A stretch of DNA of 62,161 nucleotides, the filler included, from Sphacelaria rigidula (Eukaryota): the NCBI GenBank assembly GCA_964200075.2. It is 7 parts of 7 records of this genome, joined end to end, with 100 filler letters (N's around TTAATTAATTAA, not from the genome) between each part and the next. Parts side by side here need not be neighbours in the genome. Positions count along the whole stretch, not along the records: positions 17,793 to 26,588 come from CAXNAA020010079.1; positions 26,689 to 35,482 come from CAXNAA020010080.1; 5 more parts are not named here. One strand, written 5' to 3'. Below, piece by piece: positions 22,779-34,618 of this stretch. Position 1 is the first letter of the stretch. Each line of letters opens with the position of its first letter. Both the position numbers and the translations under genes were made by a program. Below the pieces are notes generated by a model. That model ran no database searches. It saw only the letters and a program-made list of their open reading frames with translations, and was not told the DNA's origin.

Positions 22779-23352
22779 CTGCGGAAAAAAAAGGACCCCC
22801 CCCCCCCCCCCCCCCCGCCGCCGCGCGGAAAACCAGCGAGCCNNNNNNNNNNCCCCCCCCCCAGTCCGGGCCCCTGGCTTAACCCCCTCACGAATCCCCC
22901 TTTTTTCCCCCCCCCCCCCCCCGGAAAAAAAGCCCCCCCCCCCCCCCCCGCGCGCGCGCGCGCGCGGAAAGCAGCGTACCCATGACGGAAACAGAAGAAG
23001 TATCAACCGAATGTCAGTGAAATACGAAGTGACGGGTCCAACAGTCGCCACAACACATGAAAATGTACTGCACGAATCATGCAATAGGCAAGAAAGAGGT
23101 CGATACTTCAAACATTACTACACATTTCCCCCCCACTGCAACTGTTGACTGTCTATCGCGTCCAAACAGACAACACGTCGATCTTAAAAAGCAGTACACT
23201 CAATCTCCTATCCTATCGCAACTATTGATTAGTGAATTGTCCAAGATGTGCTTATCCTATCGCAATAATTGATTATTAGAGCATTGTCCAGGATGTGTGT
23301 GCACTAGATAATGACGATTTTTTGTTTGTCAGGCTTCTACGCCTTTGCTTAC

Positions 23353-23506
23353 CTGCAGCGATACACGCTTCGTTCCTGGTGCGTGTCCGTCACAGAGTAG
23401 GTCGTACACGTCCTCGCCGTATATCTCCAAGAAGCTAGCTGTTGTGGCGGCCTCCAGCCGGTGTGAATCGTCCGCATCCAGGTTCACAAACATGTCATAC
23501 AGGAAT
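23353..23506 (-). CDS. Kinesin motor domain exon (2nd seen)
   Basis: CAG|(R)FLYDMF...ASFLEIYGEDVYDLL...VSLQ|GTAAGC; 154 nt, phase 2/0, completing the AG+A Arg codon. Confidence 0.96.
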
Positions 23507-23679
23507 CTGTTCCGAGGAAGAGAACACACATGACAAAAAAAATAGCATGCAAGGTTGTGTTTTTGTAGGGTATATTGGCTGAATTTTGGATATTTTCACA
23601 AATAAAATGACGTATATTTTTTGGCAAATACCCTTCCGAACCACACTGGAGTGTTCGGAACAGGGTTCCACACGCCGGA

Positions 23680-23935
23680 CAGCTCATGAGCTTCCTGGAT
23701 ATTGCTTCTTATTAGAGTACTGATCCGGATCATGAGCTAGCTCATGTGGCCAACATTTCCATATTAGCTCCCGACAGCGATGGACGCCGAGCACACGTGG
23801 GGTATAGCGAGGAGGTAACGCTTTGGCTTCTCGGACACTGCTGTCACGTGTTTTGTGTTTTTTTTTGTACAACTCATCTGAGAGTTCTCTTCGATTAGGA
23901 ATTTCAGGTATTATAGCCCATGAACTGTCCCATGT
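23680..23935 (+). repeat. ~250-bp dispersed repeat with CATGAGCTAGCTCAT motifs
   Basis: Homologous copies at about 30130-30375 and 30790-31040 (GGACGCCGAG...GGCTTCTCGGAC...TCTGAGAG..CTCTTCGA). Confidence 0.75.
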
Positions 23936-24559
23936 GCGCAGGGTTCGAAACCTCTACCGAACCATACCGTAATGTTCGGTGTACATTTTTTATGATTGTG
24001 TTTCTGTAGGGTACAAGTGCGGGAAAAAATCGGGTATATTTCACACCCTAGACAATATAGACTTTACTGTCGAAAAGTGTACTGCGTACAGTATCGACTA
24101 TGACGTCTATTGCAATAGACAATAGATTCAGTACTGTACGCAGTACCTTTTTCGACAATGTACTCTTTTGTCCAGGGTGTGTGGTATAGTTACAGAAAAA
24201 TGCAAGAGATACCTTATCGGTAAAATACTTCACCCTTCGAGACCCTACCGGATCGTTCGGGAAAAGGCTTTCTACCCTGCCGGATACCATACAGGAATGT
24301 TTGGCACATATTTCGGTATGGTTTAGCATGCCAACGAAATATCCCCCCACTTCCGGTTATACCCAACACATGCAAACTTTCACATTCCGGTATGGTTTAG
24401 CATGCCAGCCAAAAATCCCCACCTTGCGGGTATGTACCTTACAGAAGACAACCTTTATAACATTCAACGATCGGACGAATTATCTACGATTCCTGAGGCC
24501 TGATTTGTCCGAAAGAGGGAAGAAGGTTGATCGCGGGTACGAAAGGGATGCTAGTTCAC

Positions 24560-24900
24560 CAATTGGTGGGTATGGAAACATAAATATATCGGAAATTTAT
24601 GAGTTCAAATAACCCGGACCCCAACCCCAACCCCAACCCCAACCCCAACCCTAACCCTCACTCCAACAGAGGCAGAACGAGAACCCTCGGGCAAGAGGGG
24701 TGTGCTCATGATAATGCATAGGTTTAGGGGGGTGCAAAGCGTTCTCCAGACAAAATGTGCCTCACGAGGCCTCAAATCGACACAGCAGGCGTCGATTTAG
24801 ACGAAAACGCGTTCTGCGCACGCTAGGAGCACAGACCCCATTGACGACCCGTATTTCAAAGTCCACACATTAAAACCAAGTCGGAAAGTTCCATACCTAC
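24560..24900 (+). repeat. Dispersed repeat carrying an internal telomere-like hexamer tract
   Basis: (CCCCAA)n CCCTAA at about 24619-24658 followed by GAGAACCCTCGGGCAAG...CCTCAAATC...GACGAAAAC. Related copies at about 29340-29625(-) and 31890-32160. Confidence 0.75.
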
Positions 24901-25851
24901 CAAGTGATAAACTCCACTGACAAAACGCCGCCACACAATTATTTTCTCCTCTATGCTACGTGCTTGGGGTACGCGTACCCGGGGTGGATACGACGCTCAA
25001 TAAAACCCCCAAGGATTGATTGATTCGCACGGTACGAATCAAATACACTATAATCAAGCAACTTTCAGACGAATAGTTTTTGGTCGGACCTTGGAAAACA
25101 TCACGAACGACTGGACGGAAAATAAAGAGGAAAGAGAGCACCGCGGAAACAACGGCGGGTGAGGGGGACGTACGTGAACACAACCCCGCCGTGGTAAGTC
25201 AAGTGCACCCGTTTTTTTGCGGGGAAAATGTGTACCTTATTTTAACGCGGACTCTCTCCCGCACAACCAACCACGCACGGCTATCCCGTACAGCTGCTCA
25301 ATGCGCAGCAAAAGTCTGTGTGTATGTGCTCTACTCAATCGTGTACCCTTTCCACTACCAAAAACATCCTCGACACGGGAAAGGATCAAGTTCTCCTCCT
25401 GTTCGGACGCCCACGGTTGATCTTGGAGCGTGACCCAAGATAAATATGGAACGATTGTCTCTCATGACCTAATCCGCCACGAGAAAAAAACACAACTGAC
25501 AGTTACAAGACTACTGTTGACTTCGTGGTAACGACGAACTGGGAAAAGGAAACGAATTTGTTCGGTCATGCTCCATCAACCCATCCGCTACCCACCTCAG
25601 CCAATAGTTTCAAAGATGGATACATGAGGGGAGAAAAAAAGTGAGGCACGAAGTGCTATTAATAAAAAATAAAGCGCGAATAATACAACGACAAACCGAG
25701 CGGACAGAGCATACACAACGAATGACAAAAAAAAGCACACACACACACACACACACACACACGCAGGTTACTGACTTTTTTTTTTATAATTCACGCAGAG
25801 CAGTCAATCTGCTACGAATATTTTTCTTTTTTCATCACAAGTAGGTGTTAC

Positions 25852-25970
25852 CTGGGGATGAGCCCTCGACGGTCGTCGTCAAACTTGTCCGTCGTGCCGC
25901 ACTCGGAGCCCATCGTATACGTCTTTCCGGACCCCGTTTGACCGTAGGCCAGGATCGTGACATTGTAGCC
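25852..25970 (-). CDS. Kinesin motor domain exon, P-loop (1st seen); kinesin-4-like gene, both ends outside the scaffold
   Basis: [28 protein letters not shown]...GLIP(R)|GTAACA; 119 nt, phase 0/2. Confidence 0.97.
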
Positions 25971-26324
25971 CTGTTTTTTTTTTTTTTTGTGTGCGTGTTT
26001 CAACAGAGGGACAACGTCAGCGTGTATTTCGCGAATTATTCACACTACTTTCATTTCATTCACCCCCCTTCAGCCTGGTCCGGCGAGAAACCGGCATGCT
26101 CCGTCCCGGCTTTATTGGGGCGGACCACCGACGGGGTTGGCTTCGGTTGGCGACGATGCTGTAAAAAACGCCACTCACTGCGTAAGCTAGACAACCAGGT
26201 TACCGATTTTTCGGGGGGCACTCGCATCTTTTTTTTGCGGTTGCCATGATAGTAGTCGAGCTAGATCATGTTGTGCGGGGTGGGAGAACCTCAACTCCGC
26301 ACAATGGGGATGATCGTACTACGT

Positions 26325-26567
26325 AGTCATGCCGAGCCACCCCCACAAAAAGTGCACCGGAGACCATTCGACAAACCGGCTGCGATCCCACTATTAGGCT
26401 CGTTTGCAGCGATTTCGCCCACATGAAAGGCGTGTAGCAGTCCGAAATGAGCTGTAACGCCCAAAGTTGCGTCGTGCAGCCCGAAACCAGCTGTAACGGC
26501 ATTTATGATCATCGCCTCCGTGCACTTTTTTGGCCGGTTCGGGGGGGGGCTATCTCGGCAGCAGTCT
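26325..26567. mobile_element. ~250-bp MITE (second copy 52545-52800)
   Basis: Shares its body and the terminal GGGGGGGCTATCTCGGCAGCAGTC with 52545-52800. Confidence 0.8.
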
Positions 26568-26588
26568 ACGTATTGCTTAAATGATGAG

Positions 26589-26688
26589 NNNNNNNNNNNN
26601 NNNNNNNNNNNNNNNNNNNNNNNNNNNNNNNNTTAATTAATTAANNNNNNNNNNNNNNNNNNNNNNNNNNNNNNNNNNNNNNNNNNNN
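26589..26688. other. Artificial scaffold-joining spacer
   Basis: N44-TTAATTAATTAA-N44. Confidence 0.99.
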
Positions 26689-28242
26689 TATGTTGTGGGT
26701 ACACAAAATTCAACTCAACGGTCGACGAGGGAAAGGGACTGCTGAACCCCTCTCGCGATGAAAAATAAAAGAGGCAGGCACCGCAGAAGGAAGGTGGAGA
26801 CTTGAAAACAAATACAAAAGAAAAAAAAATCTGTGTTGACCTTCCTTTTGTGTGACCTCGGCTGGTGCGCCCACATATACCGAAAGGTGTAGACCCACGT
26901 CCAGAATAAATGAGATGACCACACACACAAATTACATACAACTTTTGTAGTCTATCCTCTCCTCATTCTTTGCCTTTCCCCTTCCTCGACTTTACCTTCA
27001 GCGAGTAAATATCCCACACTCTGGATAATGACGATAGATTCCATCGTCAAGAAGTGTCCTGCGTATAGGTATGGAATTTACTGTCTAATGCAATAGACGC
27101 AATAGTCTATACTGTACGCAGTACACCTTTGACAGTGTAATCGGTCGTCAAGGGGGTCAAGTATTCCCGGTTTGTTCACCTCGGGTACACACGTCTATCT
27201 TCTATCTAACGAGCAGGGCCGGGTTTTGGGGTGGGTCAGTCAGCCAACAGGAAACAATGCATCCATCAATCGATACTAAATGAATACATCAACATGTCGC
27301 AAAACAGTCAACGTTTCGCTTGTGCGATATCGACAATCAACTTCCGAGTATCAGCCTATCCGCCAATATATATTCATCATACACATCACACCCTCGACAA
27401 GAGATAACGTTGTCAGAAAGTGTACTGCGCAAAGTATCGACTATTGCGTCTTGTGCAATAGACAATAGATTCCACACTGTACGCAGTACAAATTTTGACA
27501 ATGCAATCTACTGTTCAGGGTGTATACGTATACCGCTATATGCAGAAAATACCTTGATATTTTCAGGGTTCCGTGATCACAAGTACCTAAACATCATTCA
27601 CGAGGTCATTCTCCACGACCAACAGCTTGTTACCTGCCTGGCCCCAAACGGGAGACTCGACCTCACTGAAACTATTCACCTGTGTGTGCTCCACATACAC
27701 TACTGCTGTACATCCACGAAGCACCCAGGCTCTACAACTAGATCTCCGACGCAGCACCCGCACTACTGTAGCCAGTCCTTTGTGGGAGAAATACTGTTTT
27801 CGTTTACCTTCTATATTGCTCAATTTTGAAGAAAAGCCCATTTCATGAAACCTTTATGTCCCATCAGAAGGCGAGACATCTGCCACATCCTTCCTCCTGC
27901 CCTTCCCCCCCCCCCCCCCCCCCCCACCCGCCCACTTATATTTTATTTCATCCCTTAAACACACCCANNNNNNNNNNATTTTAAAAAAAACCCCTTTTAT
28001 TAAACCTTTTTGTCCCCCCACAAGGCGGGACACCCGCCCCACCCCTCCCCCCCCCCTTCCCCCCCCCCCCCCCCCCTGGTTGATCTTGAATTATTATTAA
28101 ACTCTATCCGAAAAACCACATTGTCACACCAAAACTGAGTAGTTTTTACACGAATCACTATTCGTTCGACCCATGCAGTTTTCCGTCCGACCATGATATC
28201 CTCAACAAGAACAACGGATTATATTGAGCTCTCATTACTAAC

Positions 28243-28451
28243 CTCTCCATGTCCGTGAGCAGCTCCCCGAAGGGCACGTAGTACATATTGTAAAAGTCAA
28301 GCATGTTCAAGTCCTCCTTCCATGGGGTCCGCCTCAGCTCTTCCTGCAGACTCCTGTGTACCATCCAAGTCGCTTGTGCGTCATAGGCGGAGTACTTGAT
28401 GAACGCCGGTCGCATCGCCGGATTTGTCTGGATCTCGTCGATGGGCGGGAG
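28243..28451 (-). CDS. Internal exon of a family A organellar DNA polymerase (POP/Pol I-like), end of the 3'-5' exonuclease domain
   Basis: CAG|LPPIDEIQTNPAMRPAFIKYSAYDAQATW...MLDFYNMYYVPFGELLTDME(R)|GTTAGT; 209 nt. It has an Exo III YxxxD motif and the PFGELLxxME signature I recognise from plant/protist organellar polymerases. Confidence 0.85.
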
Positions 28452-28760
28452 CTGTTATTCAGAACAGAAAATACAATATGAACAAGGCCGAATGAGTAAA
28501 AACAAATATATATATATATATAAGGAGATAAGAAAGAGAGAAAAAAGAGGAGGGTAAAAAACAGGAAATAAATATATGAAAAATATGAGAAGAAATGCAA
28601 AAAGGATAAAAAAAAAAGGGAAAAAATGAGAATTTTATTGGTGTGGGGGTAAAAAAACAAACATCTTGTTAACAAATGTAACTCTGCCTTCTGACCGTCG
28701 TAGCTAAGTACCTACTGTGAGTTTTTTTCTTCTTTGTTTATTTCAATACGTACGCCCACC

Positions 28761-28967
28761 AAAAAATGAATAAAAAACGAATAAAAACTGAAGCTACATT
28801 TTGCCGTTGGTGATGAGACCTCTACACTCATGTAACCGTCGAGCGATCGACAGCCAGACAGACGCGTGCCGAAAAATGAATAAAAAACTGATAAAAACAA
28901 AGATGATATTCTGCCATTGGGTGATGAGACTTTCACATTCATGTAACCGTCAAGCGATCGACAGCCA
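28761..28967. repeat. Local ~100-bp tandem duplication
   Basis: 28761-28856 is similar to 28872-28967 (AAAAATGAATAAAAAAC...GTGATGAGAC...CATGTAACCGTC.AGCGATCGACAGCCA). Confidence 0.85.
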
Positions 28968-31900
28968 TTGCTGAACAACCCCGAAAATCGTGTCATGTCT
29001 CACAGTAGAGCATCGGCATTGGTCGTGAAAATTAGGATGCCGTCTTGGTGCGCATGACTTGGCTCTGAGGTATCAAGTGTGGTGCTTGTGTTTTTGAATG
29101 ATTGAGTGTATCGGCTTACTTCCTCAACCGCCAAACAACGCAGATTGGTTGCCCTGTGGAGGATAACTTGGTTTTCAGGTAAACCATATCCTGGATGATG
29201 ACAATCGAATACACAGTCAAAAATTGTTCCGCGTACAGTATCGACTATTGCGCCTATTGCAATAGCCAATAGATTCCATACTGTATGCAGTACACTTTTT
29301 TGACAACGTAATGTACTGTCCAGGGAGCGCAATAAACACCTACATTCGGATAATATCTAGAGTAGTGACTGACAGTCCCGAGTGCTTCTAGCTTTGACCA
29401 CAACGGGTTTTCGTCCAGATCGGCGCAGATTTGAGGTCTGCCAACGCAGCCTTTGCATAGAGCACCTTTTACACCCCACTTGCCCGAGGGTTCTCGTATG
29501 CCTTGATCAGGGTCAACGTCAGGGTTAGAGTTAGGGTTAGGCCTAGGGGTAGGGTTAGGATTGCGGATGCGGTTAGCGCTAGTTCATAATCATAAATTTC
29601 CGAGCACGTTCTGTCAACCATTCTTGCGACCGAAGCATCAGCACCCATCATATCTCGCCGGGGGAGAAAATATGGATCGATCCCGATCCCTTACGACTGT
29701 GGACTCGCCCCGAGGTACAGGAGGGGGAGGAACTTGGTGGTGTATGACAAAAGCTAAAGAAAACAAAAAAAAGTGGATGAGGGTGCTTTCATAGAGCTAC
29801 GGGGAGAGATCGCAACGGCGGCCGCACGACGCCGTACCGGCCTGGAGGATTCCGCGACCGTTCGTGCTTGTATACATTTGCACACGTCAGACAGCTCATG
29901 AGCTACCTGGGTTTTGATTCGATTTGATTGATTGATTGATTGTCGCGGTTTAATCGCCCCCCCCCCCCCCCCCGCCCCCCCCCCCCATACCACACCGCCC
30001 GCGTCCGCACTCATCTCTGCAATAAAAACAAAACAAAAAAGGAATCCATCTCGAAAGGGATGCGTGGTCAATGGTCACACGACTAACGCAAGCAACAAAT
30101 GAGTACGCCCCCCAGGAATCCAGCCGTGGTCACGTGCAATATTACTTCTGATTACTGTACTCATCCGGATCATGAGCTAGTTCATTTGTCCCCCCTTTTT
30201 CTCGATATTTACTCCCTACAGCGCTGGACGCCGAGCACGCGGAGTAGCGCAAAGGTAGCGCTTTGGCTTCTCGGACCCCGCGGTCACGTATTTTGTGCTC
30301 TTGGACAACGGGTCTGAGAGCCCTCTTCGATTGGTCATTTTAGAGGTGGTTCATGAGCTAGCTGTCCTACATGCCATACATTGCTGGTTGGAAGAAAAAA
30401 AAAAAAAAACAATTACGATAAATCCAGGTGTCAAAAGGAGAACGAATAAAGGTATAGGAATCGGGGCGTTGAAAACAACCGCAGCTTCGATTTCTTCTTA
30501 CCCTCTCTTGACCGCCGGGGAGGGGGGGCTGGATCTCACACTCAATTTGTCGAAGTGAAGATGATGATGATCCAACACATGGTTTTTCACCATAGCGGCC
30601 AAAGAGGTGGTAGAAAAATTAAGACTTTCTGCGCTGCGTTTTGAAAATCGGGATACGGGAAGACCTCCACGGGGGCATTGCCAAGGACGCAACCTTCATT
30701 GCACTGCCGTGAGATCCGGACAAGGGTAAAATCTCCGCAGGGCATTTTCAACGAAACAACTTTCCATACGTCGGTCAGCTCATGTGTGACCAGAATATGA
30801 CTTCTTATTTAGGGTACAGACCCGAATCATGAGCTAGCTCATTTGACCTCTCTTTTTCTCGTCTTCAAATTTCCTCACTACAGTCCTGGACGCTGAGATT
30901 GCAGAGTAGCGTCAAAGTAGCCCCTAGGCTTCTCGGACCCTGCTGTCACATATCTTGTGTTTATGGACATTGACAACGGATCTGAGAGTCCTCTTCGACC
31001 TAGTGATTTAAGGAAGCTCATGAGTTATCCGGCGTGTGTAATTTTCACTGCACTGCGATGGAATATGGACAAGGGAGAAATCCCAGCAGGATATTTCCAA
31101 CGATATACAACGTTCACTTCACTGCCGTTAGATACGAACTAGGGGAAAATCTTGGCGGGGTATTTTCAACGATACAACTCTCGCTCCACTGGACTTTTTA
31201 TTTTATTCAATTTTATTTTTTGACGCAATTTGAACCCTTCTCCCCCTTCTCGGGACGAGTCTGTGGTCTCAAGGGATCAACTCATCTCTCTCCCGTACAG
31301 GCCTTGTATTTTGGTTGCGCGGATTGAATCAGCACTACTGCCCCGCGTCCACTCACGTCAAACAAACTCAGTCAGGACTGAGATCTGATATACGAGGAAA
31401 TCTCATCGGGGTATATCCAACAACGCTAAAGCAAAAGCGAGAATAAATTGAAGGTTGGGTCTCTACTATTACCCCGTATGACATGCTCAGTGCAGTAAGC
31501 TACGGCGATACGTTGGAGACCAAACAGAGGTTAGTTCGTTCGATACTGTTTCTACTATGCATGTACCATCATGACCCTAAAATCCCAGATGCTATCCGCC
31601 CATACTTGCCTCGAACCAAAGACCGCATACAAAACGACGGGCACGCATATCAGAAACTCATCATAATAAGAATAATGGAGAGACAGTCCCCAACAGCCAG
31701 CCGAGAGACAAAATATATGATTGAATGGAAAAAAAATATATATATATATATATATACGAAGATGATTATGAGAGTTGATACATGCTACAACGGTACGGCA
31801 CGCAAAGGAAACACCTTGAGAACAAGAAACAAACACGGAAAGGCTGCTGATACCCATTTTGTCGACAAAAACGATAACGATAACGACGGGGGTATACCCT

Positions 31901-32160
31901 CACTTCGTAGCCCCAAATTCATGGTTGACACGTTTTTATACCCCAACCCCAATCCCACCGAACACATACCGAGAACCCTCGAGCAAGGGGGATTGCACAG
32001 GGTACCCTTGGCAAATTGTGAATCGGTAGACCTCAAATCGGCGCCTGTTGCTTTGCCTTGGACGAAAACGCATCCTGCCCATGTTAGGAAGAACTTGAGA
32101 CTGTCAGCCCTACTGAAGATCCGAACATTAGTGATCACACTCAAATCGAGTTTGTCGTAA

Positions 32161-32418
32161 GACACTTTCTACGATATATAGCACCCCCCCCATAAAACCA
32201 GCCAAAAAGTGTCACGAAAAAAACGTTGTCATACAGCGCCTGATAATGGGTTCAGGCCACATGAACCGCTTGATATGTGCGACAATGGCGAGAACGAACC
32301 CAAGCGTGGGAATTCCCAGCTGCTCGTTGTGCTCGCCTTTTTCCATTTCGATTTACGTGAACATTTTGCCTCCCCAAAACCATACACTTTTTTAGGGAGG
32401 GCTATCGTAGGAGGTGTC
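32161..32418. mobile_element. ~260-bp MITE with GACAC...ACGATAGC termini
   Basis: Left end GACACTTTCTACGATA, right end GCTATCGTAGGAGGTGTC. Related copies at 8710-8796, about 33740-33985(-), 34760-34960 and 48880-49130(-). Confidence 0.75.
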
Positions 32419-32460
32419 AACGATGCACCCCGAAACACGTCACTCGTGCCGCTTCGTCGT

Positions 32461-32570
32461 GGCCAATAGGCAAGTCACAGCGCAGTACCGATAGTCAGGA
32501 GCAGGCACAGCAGCAACACCTAACCCGCCGCCACCGTCACGTCCCGCCCGGAAAATTTTGTTTATATATG
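32461..32570 (+). promoter_or_regulatory. Candidate promoter of the WD40 gene
   Basis: CCAAT at 32463, a CCCGCCC GC box near 32543 and TATATA near 32563, about 100 nt upstream of AAAATGG. Motif-only evidence. Confidence 0.35.
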
Positions 32571-32666
32571 GGCGACTAAAGATACGTCCCTTCCGGGAGA
32601 CTTTGTTCACCCAGAACAAAAGTCAGAATCAGGATCAGGTCGTGGCGGGATTTGTAGCGAAGAAAA

Positions 32667-32690
32667 ATGGCGGGCCACTGGAACCACAAG
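32667..32690 (+). CDS. Putative first coding micro-exon of the WDR48-like gene (MAGHWNHK)
   Basis: AAAATGG start context, in-frame TAG at 32655-32657 upstream, AAG|GTATTC donor, phase 0 matching the next exon. Confidence 0.55.
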
Positions 32691-32844
32691 GTATTCCCGG
32701 CAACTACTCCTTGCCTACCCCTCTCTCAACGCTTGAGTCTGAGTACCGGGATGCGATTGACTTAAGAGCGTACTCCACGGCGGCGGCCGCTGCTGCTCCC
32801 GCTGGTACCCCTCGTCTTGCATCGCTGATTGACAACTTTTACAG

Positions 32845-33054
32845 TGGAGCGAACTTTGTCGGCAGAACAAGGGTTCCGTGTATTGCCTCGATACCTCAGC
32901 GAACGCATCATTGGTGGCGAGCGGGGGGACGGACCGCATGATCCGGCTGTTGGATCCTCGTGCCGGGGTCGGGAAGGCATCGAAGGTTTGCAAGCTTGAT
33001 GGCCACAGGGACAACGTGCGGTGTGTGAGGATCGACGAAGGGGGCACTCGTGTG
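32845..33054 (+). CDS. WDR48: WD40-repeat exon, WDR48/UAF1-like
   Basis: TTTTACAG|WSELCRQNKGSVYCLD...VASGGTDRMIRLLDPR...KLDGHRDNVRCV...GTRV|GTGAGC; 210 nt. It parallels the WDR48 NKDSIYSLA...WDPR...LKGHTDNV segment. Confidence 0.85.
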
Positions 33055-34287
33055 GTGAGCGACATGAGACATGAGGAGTGGAATACAAGTAAGCAATGAG
33101 ATCGGAGTAGGGGTGTAGGGTGAGGGACTGGGGGGATGTTGTGGATGACCGTGTTCTTATCGAACCGATTATTGACACGTTGCGTTGTTTTGAAACGATT
33201 ACATCCAGCAGCAATGAAGAGGTCTATAATACCCGGGAAGGACGGGAGGGAAGCGAGGAGGGGGGGGGGGCGTACTCATTTGTTACTTGCCTTTGTCGTT
33301 TGACCATTGACCACGCATCCCTTTCGAGACGGAGCAAAGCGAGGAGGAGGTAGTGATATGACACACGTACTCGGCTTGTTTTCGCACAAAGAAGAATTGG
33401 TCGGGTTAACCTGTTTGGGGTGAAAAAACAGTGGCTGTGAGCATGATGTCCAGGGGGGGGGAGGGTGTAACCGTTTTATTTATTTTTGTTTCTGTTGGGC
33501 TGTTGTGTTTGTTCCGATGCCCCAAGAAAAACAAATGAAGTAACCTGCCCCCTCAGGGATGCGCTCTCCCCGTCGAGACTCACGTGGCCGTATACTCTAA
33601 AAAACGAGCATGTGTATATCGTTGCTTGCTTGTTTTCTTCTTCTCCCCATCCGTCTGTGCATGTTGCTGGTGTACTTTGTGTGTTTTTTTTCAGCGTAAG
33701 AGAGTACCACCCACCTGCACGTGGGCACTGTAGCGAGGACTGATGCCGCGACAGCCTCCCCAGAAAACTGGCTGGTTTGAAGAGGCAAAATATTCCTATA
33801 AATCAAAATGACGAGAGTCGAGCACACCGAGAGCTGGAACCTCCCACGCTCGGGATTGTTTTCGCCAATGTCGCCCATATGAGACATTTCATGCAGCCTG
33901 AAACCAGCTACCATGCGCTGCGTGGTAATTTTCTTTGTGACGGTTTTGGGGCTTGGTTTGCGGGGGGGATATCACGGACGGTATCACTCTGACGTACCCC
34001 CCACAAGAAGAATCATGTTTTTTACGCGTGGTTGGCCGAGGGTCTTGTGTCCTTCGACTGCCGGTCTGAATAAAAGGGCTGACGTAATGCTTGAAAGAAA
34101 AATGCCTGCTCGCTTGGTCGGTCACATGTGGGCTGGACTCCCTGGTGTGTGTCGCTTGAACAAGGACTCAATCGATGTTGATCAAAAAAGAAAAGCTTGC
34201 CATCATCTCTTTTTCCCTTTCCCTCCCCTTTTTTTGTCTTGTTACATTGTTTTGTTCTGTTTTTGCCGCTGTGCTGTATGCACCAAG

Positions 34288-34394
34288 GTGTCTGGTTCTT
34301 CCGATGGGACGATACGTGTGTGGGACGTGCGACAACAAAACTGCTTAGGAGTGTACGAGCTCCCCGGCGGTGCGGTATGGGCTATGCACCCTAG
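34288..34394 (+). CDS. WDR48: WD40-repeat exon, WDR48/UAF1-like
   Basis: AAG|VSGSSDGTIRVWDVRQQNCLGVYELPGGAVWAMHP|GTGAGG. It continues the preceding exon in phase and parallels WDR48 SGSSDGTIRLW..GQQRC...VWAL. Confidence 0.87.
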
Positions 34395-34587
34395 GTGAGG
34401 AGAAGCGAACATTTTGCCCCCTTATAAAGCGTACGTTGTGGAGAGTTGAAGTACGTGTATGTACGGATATTTTATATATTATTTGTATATGGCCGTATCC
34501 TGCTGGTCGAAGTCGTGCGTCTCGAAATCGGTCAGGGCGGAGTTTAGGGTTCAATTCCCAGCGGATACGTCGTCTTCTCTCTATATT

Positions 34588-34618
<31 letters not shown>

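Noticed and set aside
22790..22970. Apparent degenerate duplicate of the kinesin exon and poly-P/poly-G ORFs around a 10-N gap
   Set aside because: The sequence is a C-smeared echo of 22721-22780 beside homopolymer runs, typical of read-quality collapse at a gap. It is not a real duplication.
27890..28085. C-rich region around the N gap, considered as the next polymerase exon
   Set aside because: Sequence quality is poor and no polymerase-like peptide can be read.
31483..32160. 225-aa plus-strand ORF
   Set aside because: It runs through an (AT)n microsatellite and a dispersed repeat, so it is likely a chance ORF.
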